64,000 bases of DNA. It comes from an uncultured Pelagibacteraceae bacterium (GTDB lineage Bacteria; Pseudomonadota; Alphaproteobacteria; Pelagibacterales; Pelagibacteraceae). The notes beneath the pieces were generated by a model. The model ran no database searches and had not been told where the DNA came from. It saw only the letters and a program-made list of their open reading frames with translations. This document shows positions 47,562 to 57,244 of this stretch, in pieces (position 1 is the first letter of the stretch; each line of letters begins with the position of its first letter). A program made the translations under genes and the position numbers. The DNA lies in the NCBI GenBank assembly GCA_902539235.1, contig CACBIC010000004.1, forward strand, positions 3,153-67,152. Reading direction: 5' to 3'.

Positions 47562-48124
47562 AAAAAATAGGAATTACGGGTTCATTAGCCTCCGGGAAAA
47601 CAACTGCAAGTAAACTATTATCATTGGGCAAAGGACCGTTATTTAGCGCCGATCGAGTTGTAAAAGAACTATACTCAAAAAGTTATTTCAATAAGATTAT
47701 TAGAAAAAAATTTAACATTAGGACCACTAAGAATATTAAAAAAATATTAAAAAATAAAATTTTAAAAGACAGGTCTAATATAAAAAAACTTGAGCGTTTA
47801 ATCCATCCTTTGGTGAGAAAAGAGATGGTGAAATTTTTAAAGAAATATAAAAAGAAAAAATTAATTTTTTTAGAGATACCTCTTTTGATAGAGAGTAAAC
47901 TAATGAAAAATTTTGATGTAATCTTCTACATAAAGTCAAAAAAAAGCCTTAGGCTTAAAAGATTTATTTTAAAAGGTGGAAACAAAGAACTGTTTAACGT
48001 TTTCAACAACAAACAACTTAGAGATGAAAAAAAAATAAAATTCTGTGATCATATAGTTACAAATGAAAAAAGTATTACAGTTTTAAAAAAAAGTTTGTTA
48101 AAAATATTAAAAAAATATGAATGA
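47558..48124 (+). CDS. coaE: Dephospho-CoA kinase
   Basis: GITGSLASGKTT, LERLIHPLVR, EIPLLIE. Conserved aroE-coaE-dnaQ order. Confidence 0.9.
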   Translation: MKKIGITGSLASGKTTASKLLSLGKGPLFSADRVVKELYSKSYFNKIIRKKFNIRTTKNIKKILKNKILKDRSNIKKLERLIHPLVRKEMVKFLKKYKKKKLIFLEIPLLIESKLMKNFDVIFYIKSKKSLRLKRFILKGGNKELFNVFNNKQLRDEKKIKFCDHIVTNEKSITVLKKSLLKILKKYE

Positions 48125-48776
48125 AATATTTCTAGATACTGAAACGACCGGATTATCATTCAAAGAAGGCCATAAAATTGTTGAAATAGCATGTGTTGAG
48201 ACCAGAGATCTTGTCGCCACCGGAAAAGTTTTTCATAAATTTGTCAATCCAAAAAGAAGCGTTCCTGAGGAAGCATTTAAAGTGCATGGTTTTTCTTCTG
48301 AATTTCTTAGTGACAAAGAAACTTTTGATAAAGTAGCTGATGAATTTATTCAATTTGTTAAAGGAAAAAAAATAATCATACATAATGCAGCTTTTGACCT
48401 TAGTTTTTTAAATGGTGAACTAAGAGCGATTAAAAAAGAACTTATAGATAAAAATTTAGTAATAGACTCTCTTTTAATAGCTAGAAATAAATTTCCTGGG
48501 ACATCTAATTCTTTGGACTCCTTGTGCAAAAAATTTAATATAGATCTTTCTAAAAGAACTAAGCACAATGCGTTGCTTGATTGTGAACTATTAAGAGAAG
48601 TTTATATAAATCTTTTAGACGTTAAAGAGCCAAAGTTGAATTTGTCTAATGTAAAAGATGATAGTAATGTTTTAAAAGAAAAAAATTATAATAAAAAAGT
48701 TTTAGTCATTTCAGAGTCAGAAATTAATTTACATAAAGAATTTATTAAAAAAGAGTTAAAAAAAAATTATTACTGA
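48117..48776 (+). CDS. dnaQ: DNA polymerase III epsilon subunit
   Basis: DTETTG, HNAAFD, HNALLD. Confidence 0.96.
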   Translation: MNEIFLDTETTGLSFKEGHKIVEIACVETRDLVATGKVFHKFVNPKRSVPEEAFKVHGFSSEFLSDKETFDKVADEFIQFVKGKKIIIHNAAFDLSFLNGELRAIKKELIDKNLVIDSLLIARNKFPGTSNSLDSLCKKFNIDLSKRTKHNALLDCELLREVYINLLDVKEPKLNLSNVKDDSNVLKEKNYNKKVLVISESEINLHKEFIKKELKKNYY

Positions 48777-49189
48777 CTTTTTTTCAAATCATAAAGCTTT
48801 TTAAAATCAATCTTTTCATTAATCTTAATATCTTTAAATCCTGAACTTTCAAATAAGCCTACAAATATTTTTCTTATTTCTCCATAAATTTGCGAAGGAA
48901 CATCTATAAGAACAATTTTCTCAATTTCTGTCTTCTCAAATTTCTGACTATCCATCTCTATAATTGTTGCTAGCACTATTTTGGTATTAATTTTATCATT
49001 GTTTTCTTTTGTCGGTTTCAAATTAAGAGATGTAAGTACTTCGATAATATTGTGTTTGATCTGGTTGCTTTTTATATCAATATTTATTTTATAACTTGAA
49101 ATATCTTTTGATAGAGAAAAAAAAACTTTCGGATTAGGAATTTGAAAATCTAAATCTTTTATGTATTTGCCTATTATTTTATAACTCAT
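48770..49189 (-). CDS. secB: Protein-export chaperone SecB (divergent)
   Basis: YIKDLDFQIPN, IDVPSQIY...R, IDFKKLY. Conserved position between dnaQ and fxsA. Confidence 0.75.
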   Translation of the reverse strand: MSYKIIGKYIKDLDFQIPNPKVFFSLSKDISSYKINIDIKSNQIKHNIIEVLTSLNLKPTKENNDKINTKIVLATIIEMDSQKFEKTEIEKIVLIDVPSQIYGEIRKIFVGLFESSGFKDIKINEKIDFKKLYDLKKSQ

Positions 49190-49598
49190 CTTTATCTTTA
49201 TCTATTATTTCGCCATCAATGATTTTTCTTTCTTCACTTTTTTTATTCATCTTTTTATTCTTCAATGCCAGTTTGAACAAAATATTTCTGCTGAGAGGTA
49301 TTAATAATAAAAAACCAATAGTATCAGTTAAAAAACCAGGTATAATTAAAAGTAATGCAGCTACAGCTATCGAAGCGCCTGAAATAATTTCATAAATTGG
49401 AGCCTTATTTTGATATAGGCTTGTCACTCCAGATTTAAGAGTTTGTATCCCTTGTAATCTTGCATAATAAATACCAATTATTGCTGTTAGAAATATAAGT
49501 GTGATTGTGTTTAATGCACCAATTTTTCCTCCAATTTTGATCAAAAGGAATATTTCTATGGCTGGTATACCCAAGATAATTAGGAAAAATGTGTTCAT
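49179..49598 (-). CDS. fxsA: FxsA family membrane protein
   Basis: PAIEIFLLIKIG, LLLIIPGFLTDTIG, IIDGE. Confidence 0.92.
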   Translation of the reverse strand: MNTFFLIILGIPAIEIFLLIKIGGKIGALNTITLIFLTAIIGIYYARLQGIQTLKSGVTSLYQNKAPIYEIISGASIAVAALLLIIPGFLTDTIGFLLLIPLSRNILFKLALKNKKMNKKSEERKIIDGEIIDKDKDEL

Positions 49599-49642
49599 TT
49601 GTCAGATACAAAATTATATTATTCATGTATATTTATCAAACT

Positions 49643-50245
49643 ATGAGTAATAGTTTTGGCTATTTAGATATAATTTTGTTGGGTATGATCGCAGGATTTA
49701 TTATCTTGCGACTGAGAAGTATCCTTGGAAGAAAAACTGGACACGAGTCAAAAGTATACCCTAACTTTGCTGAAAAAAAATTCAGCATACCAAAGAATGA
49801 AGCTGAGCCATCAAAACAAAATTTGGAAGTTTTAGAAGGAAAAGATAAAAAAGAATTCTTAAGAGGAGCAGAAATAGCATATGAGAGTGTACTGACCTCT
49901 TTTGCTACTGGTGATTTAATTAAACTCAAAGCTCTTCTTTCGCCAAATATGTTTTCCAACTTTTCAGATGCCATTAAAGCAAGAAATAAAGAGAATATAA
50001 AATCTGAATTCACTTTTATTGGTGTAAAAGAGTCTTCCGTTGAAAGATATGAAAAAATCAAGGATAACTTATTTGCCACTGTGAAATTTGTAGCAGAAGT
50101 GATCTCTGTAAAAAGGGATAAAGAAAATAAGATTATTGAGGGAAATCCCGATAAAATAAAGTTTGTTACTGATAGTTGGAAATTTACTAAAAATATTAAT
50201 AATAAAAGTCCTAATTGGTATTTATCCGAAATCATTAGTCAGTGA
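49643..50245 (+). CDS. Tim44/TimA family protein
   Basis: LRLRSILGRKTGHE, FLRGAEIAYE, DSWKF, PNWYL. ATG 49643 preferred. Confidence 0.9.
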   Translation: MSNSFGYLDIILLGMIAGFIILRLRSILGRKTGHESKVYPNFAEKKFSIPKNEAEPSKQNLEVLEGKDKKEFLRGAEIAYESVLTSFATGDLIKLKALLSPNMFSNFSDAIKARNKENIKSEFTFIGVKESSVERYEKIKDNLFATVKFVAEVISVKRDKENKIIEGNPDKIKFVTDSWKFTKNINNKSPNWYLSEIISQ

Positions 50246-50673
50246 CCAAATACAAAGATCTTTCTCCAGAAGATAAAAAAAATTGGGAAGATTATATCAA
50301 AAATCCCTCAGATGTGTTCGACAAAGATAAAACTAATTCTAGAAATACTGAAAAAAAAAGTCGATTTAGATTTGACTTACATGGTTTCACACTTGATCAA
50401 GCTAATAAAAAAGTAAAAGAAATTATTCTCTCGTGTATTGAAAAAAAATATAAAGAAATATTATTTATTACTGGAAAAGGAAAACATTCCACAAATGACA
50501 AAGATATTTATACTTCGAAGGACTTTGGAAGATTAAAATATTCAGTTCCTGAATTCATTAATTCTGATCAAGAATTGAGTTCACTGATTGTTTCAATAAA
50601 AGATGCAAAAATTAAGGATGGCGGTGAGGGAGCAATAATAATTAAGTTAAAAAATTTACAGTATAAATTTTGA
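50242..50673 (+). CDS. Smr/MutS2 C-terminal domain protein
   Basis: DLHGFTL, ITGKG, DGGEGA. Confidence 0.92.
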   Translation: MTKYKDLSPEDKKNWEDYIKNPSDVFDKDKTNSRNTEKKSRFRFDLHGFTLDQANKKVKEIILSCIEKKYKEILFITGKGKHSTNDKDIYTSKDFGRLKYSVPEFINSDQELSSLIVSIKDAKIKDGGEGAIIIKLKNLQYKF

Positions 50674-52032
50674 AAGGTCTGTGTCTTTCACTAAGTTACC
50701 CAAGTTATCTTGAACAAACTTCTTATCGACAGTAATAGTTTCTCCAGCTTTATCAGTAGCATTAAAACTTATATCGTCTAAAACTTTCTCAATTATAGTA
50801 TGAAGTCTTCTAGCACCAATATTTTCGACTGAAGAATTTACTTCTGCAGAAATTTTTGCAAGCATATCAATTCCGTCTTCAGAAAATTTAAGATTTACAT
50901 CTTCAGTCTTTAATAAAGCTTTGTATTGTTTGATTAAACTGTTATCTGGCTCTTTCAAGATTCTCTTAAAATCATCTTCATTAAGAGCATTAAGCTCTAC
51001 TCTTATAGGAAGTCTTCCTTGTAACTCTGGTAAAAGATCAGACGGTTTTGCTAATTGAAAGGCTCCTGAAGCGATAAAAAGAATATGATCAGTTTTTATC
51101 GGACCGTGTTTAGTACTCACAGTTGTGCCTTCAATCAAAGGCAATAAATCTCTTTGAACTCCTTCTCTTGAAACGTCTCCACCGACTCTATCGCTTCTTG
51201 CAGAGACTTTATCTATTTCGTCTAAAAACACAATTCCATTTTCTTCTGTTGCTTTCTTTGCCTCTTTAATAATTTTATCTTCTTCAATCATTTTATCTGA
51301 CTCTTGGGCAACTAAAATTCCGTGAGACTCTTTAACAGTCATCTTTTTTTTCTTACCTTTTTTTCCGCCCATTGACTTACCTAAGATGTCTCCCAAATTA
51401 ACCATACCGACATTTCCCCCAGGCATCCCAGGTATCTCAAAACTTTGTAAACCAGAAGAAGTATCTTGTACCTCGATCTCTATTTCATTGTTATCTAAGT
51501 CGCCATTTCTCAATCTTTTTCTAAAACTTTCTCTTGTAGCAACACTCGCTTTATTACCGACTAAGGCATCTAAAACCTTTTCTTCTGCCTTTAATTCAGC
51601 TTTAGCTTTAACTTCTTTTCTTTTTCTCTCTCTTTCCATCGCTATAGCAATCTCAATCAAATCTCTAACGATTTGCTCAACATCTCTACCTACGTATCCT
51701 ACTTCTGTAAATCTTGTCGCTTCAACTTTTATAAAAGGTGCTTCAGCCAATCTTGAGAGTCTTCTTGATATTTCAGTTTTACCTACTCCTGTTGGACCAA
51801 TCATAAGTATATTTTTCGGTAACACTTCGTCTCTCATTTCATCAGTGAGTGCCTGTCTTCTCCACCTATTTCTTAATGCAACAGCAACAGCTTTTTTGGC
51901 CTCCTTTTGACCGATTACATATCTATCTAGCTCTGAAACTATTTCTCTCGGGGAAAGAGCGCTGACCTTTGAGCTGTCAGTTTTAGATCCTTTAACAAGT
52001 TTTAAATTCGTTTCTTTTTTTGATTTTGACAT
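50656..52032 (-). CDS. hslU: ATP-dependent protease ATPase subunit
   Basis: [37 protein letters not shown]. Confidence 0.98.
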   Translation of the reverse strand: MSKSKKETNLKLVKGSKTDSSKVSALSPREIVSELDRYVIGQKEAKKAVAVALRNRWRRQALTDEMRDEVLPKNILMIGPTGVGKTEISRRLSRLAEAPFIKVEATRFTEVGYVGRDVEQIVRDLIEIAIAMERERKRKEVKAKAELKAEEKVLDALVGNKASVATRESFRKRLRNGDLDNNEIEIEVQDTSSGLQSFEIPGMPGGNVGMVNLGDILGKSMGGKKGKKKKMTVKESHGILVAQESDKMIEEDKIIKEAKKATEENGIVFLDEIDKVSARSDRVGGDVSREGVQRDLLPLIEGTTVSTKHGPIKTDHILFIASGAFQLAKPSDLLPELQGRLPIRVELNALNEDDFKRILKEPDNSLIKQYKALLKTEDVNLKFSEDGIDMLAKISAEVNSSVENIGARRLHTIIEKVLDDISFNATDKAGETITVDKKFVQDNLGNLVKDTDLSKFIL

Positions 52033-52572
52033 TTAAATTTTTTCCATTGTTATGTTATTGTTCGTAAATACACAAATATCCGATGCAACCTTCAAGGCTT
52101 TTTTTGCTATCTCTTCAGCTTTCATGTCAGTTTCGATTAAAACTTTAGCAGCTGCAAGAGCATAGTTTCCTCCAGATCCTATTCCAATAATCCCATCTTC
52201 TGGTTCTAAAACATCACCAGTTCCAGAGATTATAAAGCTATGATTTTTATCTGCTACTGCCATTAACGCTTCTAATCTTCTTAAAAATTTATCGCTTCTC
52301 CAATCTTTAGCTAATTCAACAGCTGCTCTTTGTAAGTTACCCGCATGCTTTTCTAATTTTGCCTCAAGCCTCTCAAATAAAGTTAATGCATCCGCAGTTG
52401 AGCCAGCAAAGCCTGCAATTACACCCCTGCTCTCAATTTTTCTAACTTTCTTGGCCTTGCTTTTTAAAACTGTATTACCAAGACTTACTTGGCCATCACC
52501 TGCCACAATGGTTTCCCCGCCTTTTCTGAGAAGGACAATTGTAGTGCCATGCCATTTTTCAGCTGTATTCAT
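52033..52572 (-). CDS. hslV: ATP-dependent protease peptidase subunit
   Basis: [29 protein letters not shown]. Confidence 0.98.
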   Translation of the reverse strand: MNTAEKWHGTTIVLLRKGGETIVAGDGQVSLGNTVLKSKAKKVRKIESRGVIAGFAGSTADALTLFERLEAKLEKHAGNLQRAAVELAKDWRSDKFLRRLEALMAVADKNHSFIISGTGDVLEPEDGIIGIGSGGNYALAAAKVLIETDMKAEEIAKKALKVASDICVFTNNNITMEKI

Positions 52573-52578
52573 GAAGTT

Positions 52579-52608
52579 ATATGTGGAGATTAATTTGTAA
52601 TCTTCAAT
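52579..52608 (-). promoter_or_regulatory. RpoH (sigma32)-like promoter for hslVU
   Basis: ATTGAA-N16-CCACATAT, ending 6 nt before the ATG. Confidence 0.6.
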
Positions 52609-52668
52609 AGTGATTTATTGATAAATTGACCAATTAAATATATATCAAAGGTGAATCAGGCATAGTTT

Positions 52669-53259
52669 ATGAGCAGAAAAGCAAAAATAACTAGAAAAAC
52701 AAAAGAGACCAGTATTTCTGTCGCGGTCAATCTAGACGGAAAAGGAAAGTATAAAATTAAAACTGGAATAGGTTTCTTAGATCATATGTTGGAGCAATTA
52801 TCAAAACACTCTCTAATAGACTTAGAAGTGAAAGCAAAAGGCGACACACATATAGATTTACACCACACTACCGAGGATACAGGTATAGCTATTGGTGAGG
52901 CTATTAAAAAAGCAGCAGGTAATAGAAAAGGAATTACAAGATACGCCTCAACAATGATTCCTATGGATGAAACTTTAAGCAGAGTTTCTATAGATGTATC
53001 AAATAGACCTTATTTAATTTGGAAAGTTAATTTACCTGTAGAAAAATTAGGTGAGATGGATACAGAATTATTTAAAGAGTGGTTCCAAGCTTTTTCACAG
53101 TCAGCTGGAGTTACTTTACACATAGAAAATATATATGGTGAAAATAGCCACCACAAGATTGAGTCGTGTTATAAAGGTTTAGCTAGATCATTAAAAGATG
53201 CTTTAGCGATTGATAAAAGAATTAAGAATTCAATACCTTCGACAAAAGGCTCTATTTAA
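52669..53259 (+). CDS. hisB: Imidazoleglycerol-phosphate dehydratase
   Basis: [30 protein letters not shown]. Confidence 0.97.
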   Translation: MSRKAKITRKTKETSISVAVNLDGKGKYKIKTGIGFLDHMLEQLSKHSLIDLEVKAKGDTHIDLHHTTEDTGIAIGEAIKKAAGNRKGITRYASTMIPMDETLSRVSIDVSNRPYLIWKVNLPVEKLGEMDTELFKEWFQAFSQSAGVTLHIENIYGENSHHKIESCYKGLARSLKDALAIDKRIKNSIPSTKGSI

Positions 53260-53264
53260 AATTG

Positions 53265-53891
53265 ATGAACGTCACAATTGTTGACTACCAATCGGGCAAT
53301 ATTAGCTCTGTCATAAATTCTTTCACAGAGGTAGCTAAAGGTAAAGTTAATCTAGAGGTAACTTCAGACATCAAGAAAATCAAGTATAGTGACAAAATTG
53401 TTTTACCAGGGCAAGGTTCATTTAAAAGCTGTGTTGACTCTCTTAATCAAATTAAGGGATTAGTTGATACTCTTAAAGAATTTACAATAATAAATAAGAA
53501 ACCTTTATTAGGCATTTGTGTAGGCTTACAAATGTTCGCTGATGTAGGTTATGAAGAAGCAGAAACTAAAGGACTAGGTTGGATACCTGGAAAAGTCTCA
53601 AGAATCGACAATCAAAAAGGAAAATTTAAACTCCCACATATTGGTTGGAATGAAATTGACATTCAAAAAGAGAGCAAATTATTTAAAGACATTAAAAATA
53701 AATCTCACATGTACTTTGTACATAGCTATGAGTTTATACCCATGGATAAATCAGTTATTTCAGCTACAACAGATTATTCATCAAAGATTGTTTGCGCAGT
53801 TGAGAAAGAAAATTTGTTTGGAACACAATTTCATCCTGAGAAAAGTGATAAAATTGGATTAAAAATAATTGAAAATTTTATGAAAATTTAA
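53265..53891 (+). CDS. hisH: IGP synthase glutamine amidotransferase subunit
   Basis: LPGQG, GICVGLQ, PHIGWN, YFVHSY, QFHPEKS. Confidence 0.97.
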   Translation: MNVTIVDYQSGNISSVINSFTEVAKGKVNLEVTSDIKKIKYSDKIVLPGQGSFKSCVDSLNQIKGLVDTLKEFTIINKKPLLGICVGLQMFADVGYEEAETKGLGWIPGKVSRIDNQKGKFKLPHIGWNEIDIQKESKLFKDIKNKSHMYFVHSYEFIPMDKSVISATTDYSSKIVCAVEKENLFGTQFHPEKSDKIGLKIIENFMKI

Positions 53892-53892
53892 A

Positions 53893-54084
53893 ATGTTTGA
53901 AAAAATAATTACAGATTTTTTTATGTTTTGTGTTTACATTCTTCAGGTAATTGGAGGTGCGCCTGGCGAATATGGATTTGGATATTACTTAGCAAACATA
54001 ATTATATTTGTTATTTTACAACCAGCACTTATCTTATTATTTTTTATTCTTTGGAGGAAAGAAAAGAAAAAAAATCAAAAATGA
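53893..54084 (+). CDS. Small membrane protein inside the his operon
   Basis: 63 aa. Starts 1 nt after the hisH stop and overlaps hisA by ATGA. Hydrophobic helices with a basic tail. Confidence 0.7.
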   Translation: MFEKIITDFFMFCVYILQVIGGAPGEYGFGYYLANIIIFVILQPALILLFFILWRKEKKKNQK

Positions 54085-54806
54085 AAATATTTCCAGCTAT
54101 AGATATTAAAGATAAAAAATGCGTAAGATTAATAAAAGGAGACTTTGAAAACAAAACTGAATATGAAATTTCACCCATTGATCAAGCTGGTAAATATAAA
54201 GACCATGGCTTTAAAAATTTACATATTGTTGATTTGGATGGTGCATTAACTGGAAAGACGGTAAATTTAGATATTATAAAAGAAATAGTAAGTAAATACG
54301 ATTTGAAGATTGAAATAGGCGGTGGTGTTAGATCTCTCGATAGCATTAAGCAATATATTGATACAGGCGTTGAAAAGGTAATTTTAGGGAGCGGTGCGAT
54401 TAAAAATAAAGAATTTTTAAAAGAGGCCTGTGAAAAATTTAAAGGTCAAATTGCTTTAGGGCTAGATGCAAAGGATGGAAATCTTTCTGTGTCAGGCTGG
54501 AAAGAAAATCTTAATATTAAAACCACAGATTTTCTTAAAGAAGTAAGTAACTATGGAGTAAGTCGAATTATTTACACAGATATTAATAGAGATGGAATGA
54601 AAACTAGCCCTAACTTAGACGAGACTATAAAAATTGCTGAGCTCTCTAATTGCCCTGTTGTAATTTCAGGAGGTGTTTCTTCAATAAGCGATGTTAAGAA
54701 AGCTAAAGAGTTAAATAATAAAAAAATTGAAGGAATTATTGTTGGTAAAGCAATTTATGATGGTGATATTCAACTTGATGAGTTAGCAAAGGAGATAAAT
54801 GCTTAA
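54081..54806 (+). CDS. hisA: ProFAR isomerase
   Basis: [28 protein letters not shown]. True start is ATG 54081. Confidence 0.96.
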   Translation: MKIFPAIDIKDKKCVRLIKGDFENKTEYEISPIDQAGKYKDHGFKNLHIVDLDGALTGKTVNLDIIKEIVSKYDLKIEIGGGVRSLDSIKQYIDTGVEKVILGSGAIKNKEFLKEACEKFKGQIALGLDAKDGNLSVSGWKENLNIKTTDFLKEVSNYGVSRIIYTDINRDGMKTSPNLDETIKIAELSNCPVVISGGVSSISDVKKAKELNNKKIEGIIVGKAIYDGDIQLDELAKEINA

Positions 54807-55557
54807 AAATAGAATTATACCTTGCCTTGATGTTAAAGATGGAAGAGTCGTTAAAGGTATTAACTTTGTTAAATTAAAAGATGCTGGAGATCCAGTAGAA
54901 CAAGCTAAAATTTATAGTGACAGTGGCGCTGACGAGATTTGTTTTCTTGATATTACCGCTTCAAATGAAAATAGAGAAACGATTATTGATATTGTTAGAA
55001 AAACTGCAAAAGAATGTTTTGTTCCTTTAACTGTTGGAGGCGGAGTTAGAACTATTCAAAATATTACTGATTTATTGTTAGCCGGTGCAGATAAAGTTTC
55101 TATTAACACCGCCGCTGTGAAAAATGTCGACTTCGTTAAGGAAGCTTCAAAAAAATTTGGATCTCAATGTATTGTAGTTGCGATCGATGCAAAAAAAGCT
55201 TCAGATAATAAATGGGAAGTATTTACACACGGTGGAAGAAATAAAACTGGTATAGATGCAGTAGAGTTTGCTAAAAAAGTAGAAGAAAATGGAGCCGGAG
55301 AAATTTTATTAACGTCAATGGATAAAGATGGAACTAAATCCGGTTACGATGTTGATTTGTTAAAAACAATTACAAATAACACCAATATTCCTGTAATAGC
55401 TTCCGGTGGAGTTGGAACTCTAGATCACTTATATGATGGCATAGTTAAAGGTGGAGCAAGTGCAGTTTTAGCGGCTTCTATTTTTCATTATGGCGAATAT
55501 AAAATCAAAGATGCTAAAGAATATTTGAATTCTAAAAATGTATCGGTAAGGTTATAA
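54799..55557 (+). CDS. hisF: IGP synthase cyclase subunit
   Basis: [38 protein letters not shown]. Confidence 0.98.
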   Translation: MLKNRIIPCLDVKDGRVVKGINFVKLKDAGDPVEQAKIYSDSGADEICFLDITASNENRETIIDIVRKTAKECFVPLTVGGGVRTIQNITDLLLAGADKVSINTAAVKNVDFVKEASKKFGSQCIVVAIDAKKASDNKWEVFTHGGRNKTGIDAVEFAKKVEENGAGEILLTSMDKDGTKSGYDVDLLKTITNNTNIPVIASGGVGTLDHLYDGIVKGGASAVLAASIFHYGEYKIKDAKEYLNSKNVSVRL

Positions 55558-55558
55558 A

Positions 55559-55831
55559 ATGTTCGAAAACTTAGAAGAATTAATTAAAACAATCAGAGAG
55601 AGAAAAAATTCTTCTCCAGATAAGTCTTATACTAATAAACTTTTGAACGATAAAAATCTAAGTGTTTCAAAAGTAAAAGAGGAAATAGGCGAATTAATAG
55701 AATCTGTGGAAAAAAATTCAAATAAGATACACGAAGCTGCTGATGTAGTTTATCATTTGATGGTTTATTTAGAGGCTAACAACATAAAAATTGAAGATGT
55801 GATGAGCGAACTTAAGAAAAGACAGAAATGA
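55559..55831 (+). CDS. hisE: Phosphoribosyl-ATP pyrophosphatase
   Basis: SYTNKL, KVKEEIGE, EAADVVYHL. Confidence 0.93.
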   Translation: MFENLEELIKTIRERKNSSPDKSYTNKLLNDKNLSVSKVKEEIGELIESVEKNSNKIHEAADVVYHLMVYLEANNIKIEDVMSELKKRQK

Positions 55832-56184
55832 GTTACGACAAAAATAATATATTTGCTAAAATTCTAAGGGGAGAAATTCCATGTAAAAAAGTTTATGAAA
55901 ATGATCATGTTTTAGCTTTTCATGATATTAATCCTCAAAAAAAAGTTCATATTTTAGTTATTCCTAAAGGCGAATACGTAGATCTTAATGATTTCAACAA
56001 CAAAGCTTCAGATAAAGAGATTGTAGAGTTTAACAAAGCAGTGACGCATGTCGCAAACTTAGTAGGCGCAAAAGACAAAGGTTACAGGGTTTTGACTAAT
56101 ATTGGCAGTGATGGTGGTCAGGAAGTCCCTCATTTACACTTTCATTTATTTGCAGGTGAAAAGATCGGAAAGATGGTTAGCTGA
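55828..56184 (+). CDS. HIT family nucleotide-binding protein
   Basis: NIFAKILRGEIP, FHDINP, GQEVPHLHFH. Confidence 0.95.
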   Translation: MSYDKNNIFAKILRGEIPCKKVYENDHVLAFHDINPQKKVHILVIPKGEYVDLNDFNNKASDKEIVEFNKAVTHVANLVGAKDKGYRVLTNIGSDGGQEVPHLHFHLFAGEKIGKMVS

Positions 56185-56690
56185 TGGTTTCAAGAGTTAA
56201 AAGATATTTTTTAGAAATTAGAGATTTTTCAAAAACAGTTGATTTAAATCTTCCAGAAAATTTCCAAATTATCTTAGATGATAAAGATAATTTTCATTTA
56301 AACAGATTTTTTTACAAACAAATAGGCGTAGATCATTACTGGAGAGATAGATTACTTTGGTCTGATAGCGAATGGGTAAAATATGTCACAAATAAAAATT
56401 TAGAAACACATGTTTTAAAAAAAGGTGAAGATTTAGTAGGATATTATGAACAGGAATATCATCCTGGATCAAATGAAGTTGAGCTTATCAATTTAGGGAT
56501 TCTAAAAGAATTCAGAGGTTTGAAGCTTGGCTCAACGCTTGTAAATCATGCTATTGCAAGTGCATCAAGAAAAAATCCCAGAAGAATGTGGGTTCATACT
56601 TGTAGTTTAGACCATAAACACGCATTACAAAATTACAAATCTAAAGGCTTTGAAATTTTCAAAGAAGAAGAAATTGATTTTGTAGCTTAG
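56184..56690 (+). CDS. GNAT family N-acetyltransferase
   Basis: EFRGLKLG (acetyl-CoA motif), WVHTCSLDH, NYKSKGF. Confidence 0.88.
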   Translation: MVSRVKRYFLEIRDFSKTVDLNLPENFQIILDDKDNFHLNRFFYKQIGVDHYWRDRLLWSDSEWVKYVTNKNLETHVLKKGEDLVGYYEQEYHPGSNEVELINLGILKEFRGLKLGSTLVNHAIASASRKNPRRMWVHTCSLDHKHALQNYKSKGFEIFKEEEIDFVA

Positions 56691-57244
56691 TTTATTTCAG
56701 GTACTTTAAAGGTACCTTTTTTAAAAACGTCATTTTTAGCAATAATCGTTAAGGAGAAATTTATATTATTGTTGTATTGATCTTTAATTTCCCATCCTTT
56801 CAAATTCAGATTTTTTTTATCAAAAAAAACTGTAATTTCGTTATCGCTAATATAAACAAGCTTAATAATTTCATCAGTTAACTCTAATTCCCCTGATCGC
56901 ACAATTTCTAAAAGTTTATCTTTATATAAAATATTTAAGAATGGAGATTTTGAAATAGGATAATGATAAGTTTTATTATACCTTTTCTGAGATATTGCTA
57001 ATCTTTTATTACTTATAACTAATTCTTTTTCCTTGTCGTCAAAATAATTACATTTTAATTTTCCAGGAAATTCTAAAAGACAGCTACCTTTTTCTGTTTT
57101 TTCATTAATTAACTGTTTAAATGTAAATTCTAAAGAGTTTAATTTATTTAATTGAGAAATTATTTGATCTTTTTCATTAGCTAATAAACTCGTTGTTAGT
57201 GATAAAAAAAACGAGATTAAGAATGTTTTTTTAAAGAACTTCAC
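56687..57244 (-). CDS. lolA: Outer-membrane lipoprotein carrier LolA family
   Basis: GTG 57244 gives a clean signal peptide. FTFKQ, PGKLKCNY, YPISKSPF. Downstream of ftsK. Confidence 0.82.
   Translation of the reverse strand: MKFFKKTFLISFFLSLTTSLLANEKDQIISQLNKLNSLEFTFKQLINEKTEKGSCLLEFPGKLKCNYFDDKEKELVISNKRLAISQKRYNKTYHYPISKSPFLNILYKDKLLEIVRSGELELTDEIIKLVYISDNEITVFFDKKNLNLKGWEIKDQYNNNINFSLTIIAKNDVFKKGTFKVPEIN

Noticed and set aside
49660-50235. 191-aa antisense ORF over tim44
   Set aside because: It is in mirror frame with the real gene, is Phe/Ser/Leu-rich as expected for a shadow of a Lys/Glu-rich protein, and has no RBS or motif.
808-51910. Antisense ORFs in the track (e.g. 808-1134, 1872-2123, 4489-4695, 8024-8296, 10490-10744, 25907-26260, 39368-39880, 51386-51910)
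   Set aside because: They lie wholly opposite well-supported genes, have no recognisable motifs and look like codon shadows.
53928-54080. Apparent 51-aa N-terminal extension of HisA
   Set aside because: It is an alternative-frame reading of the small membrane-protein gene. HisA homology begins at ATG 54081.
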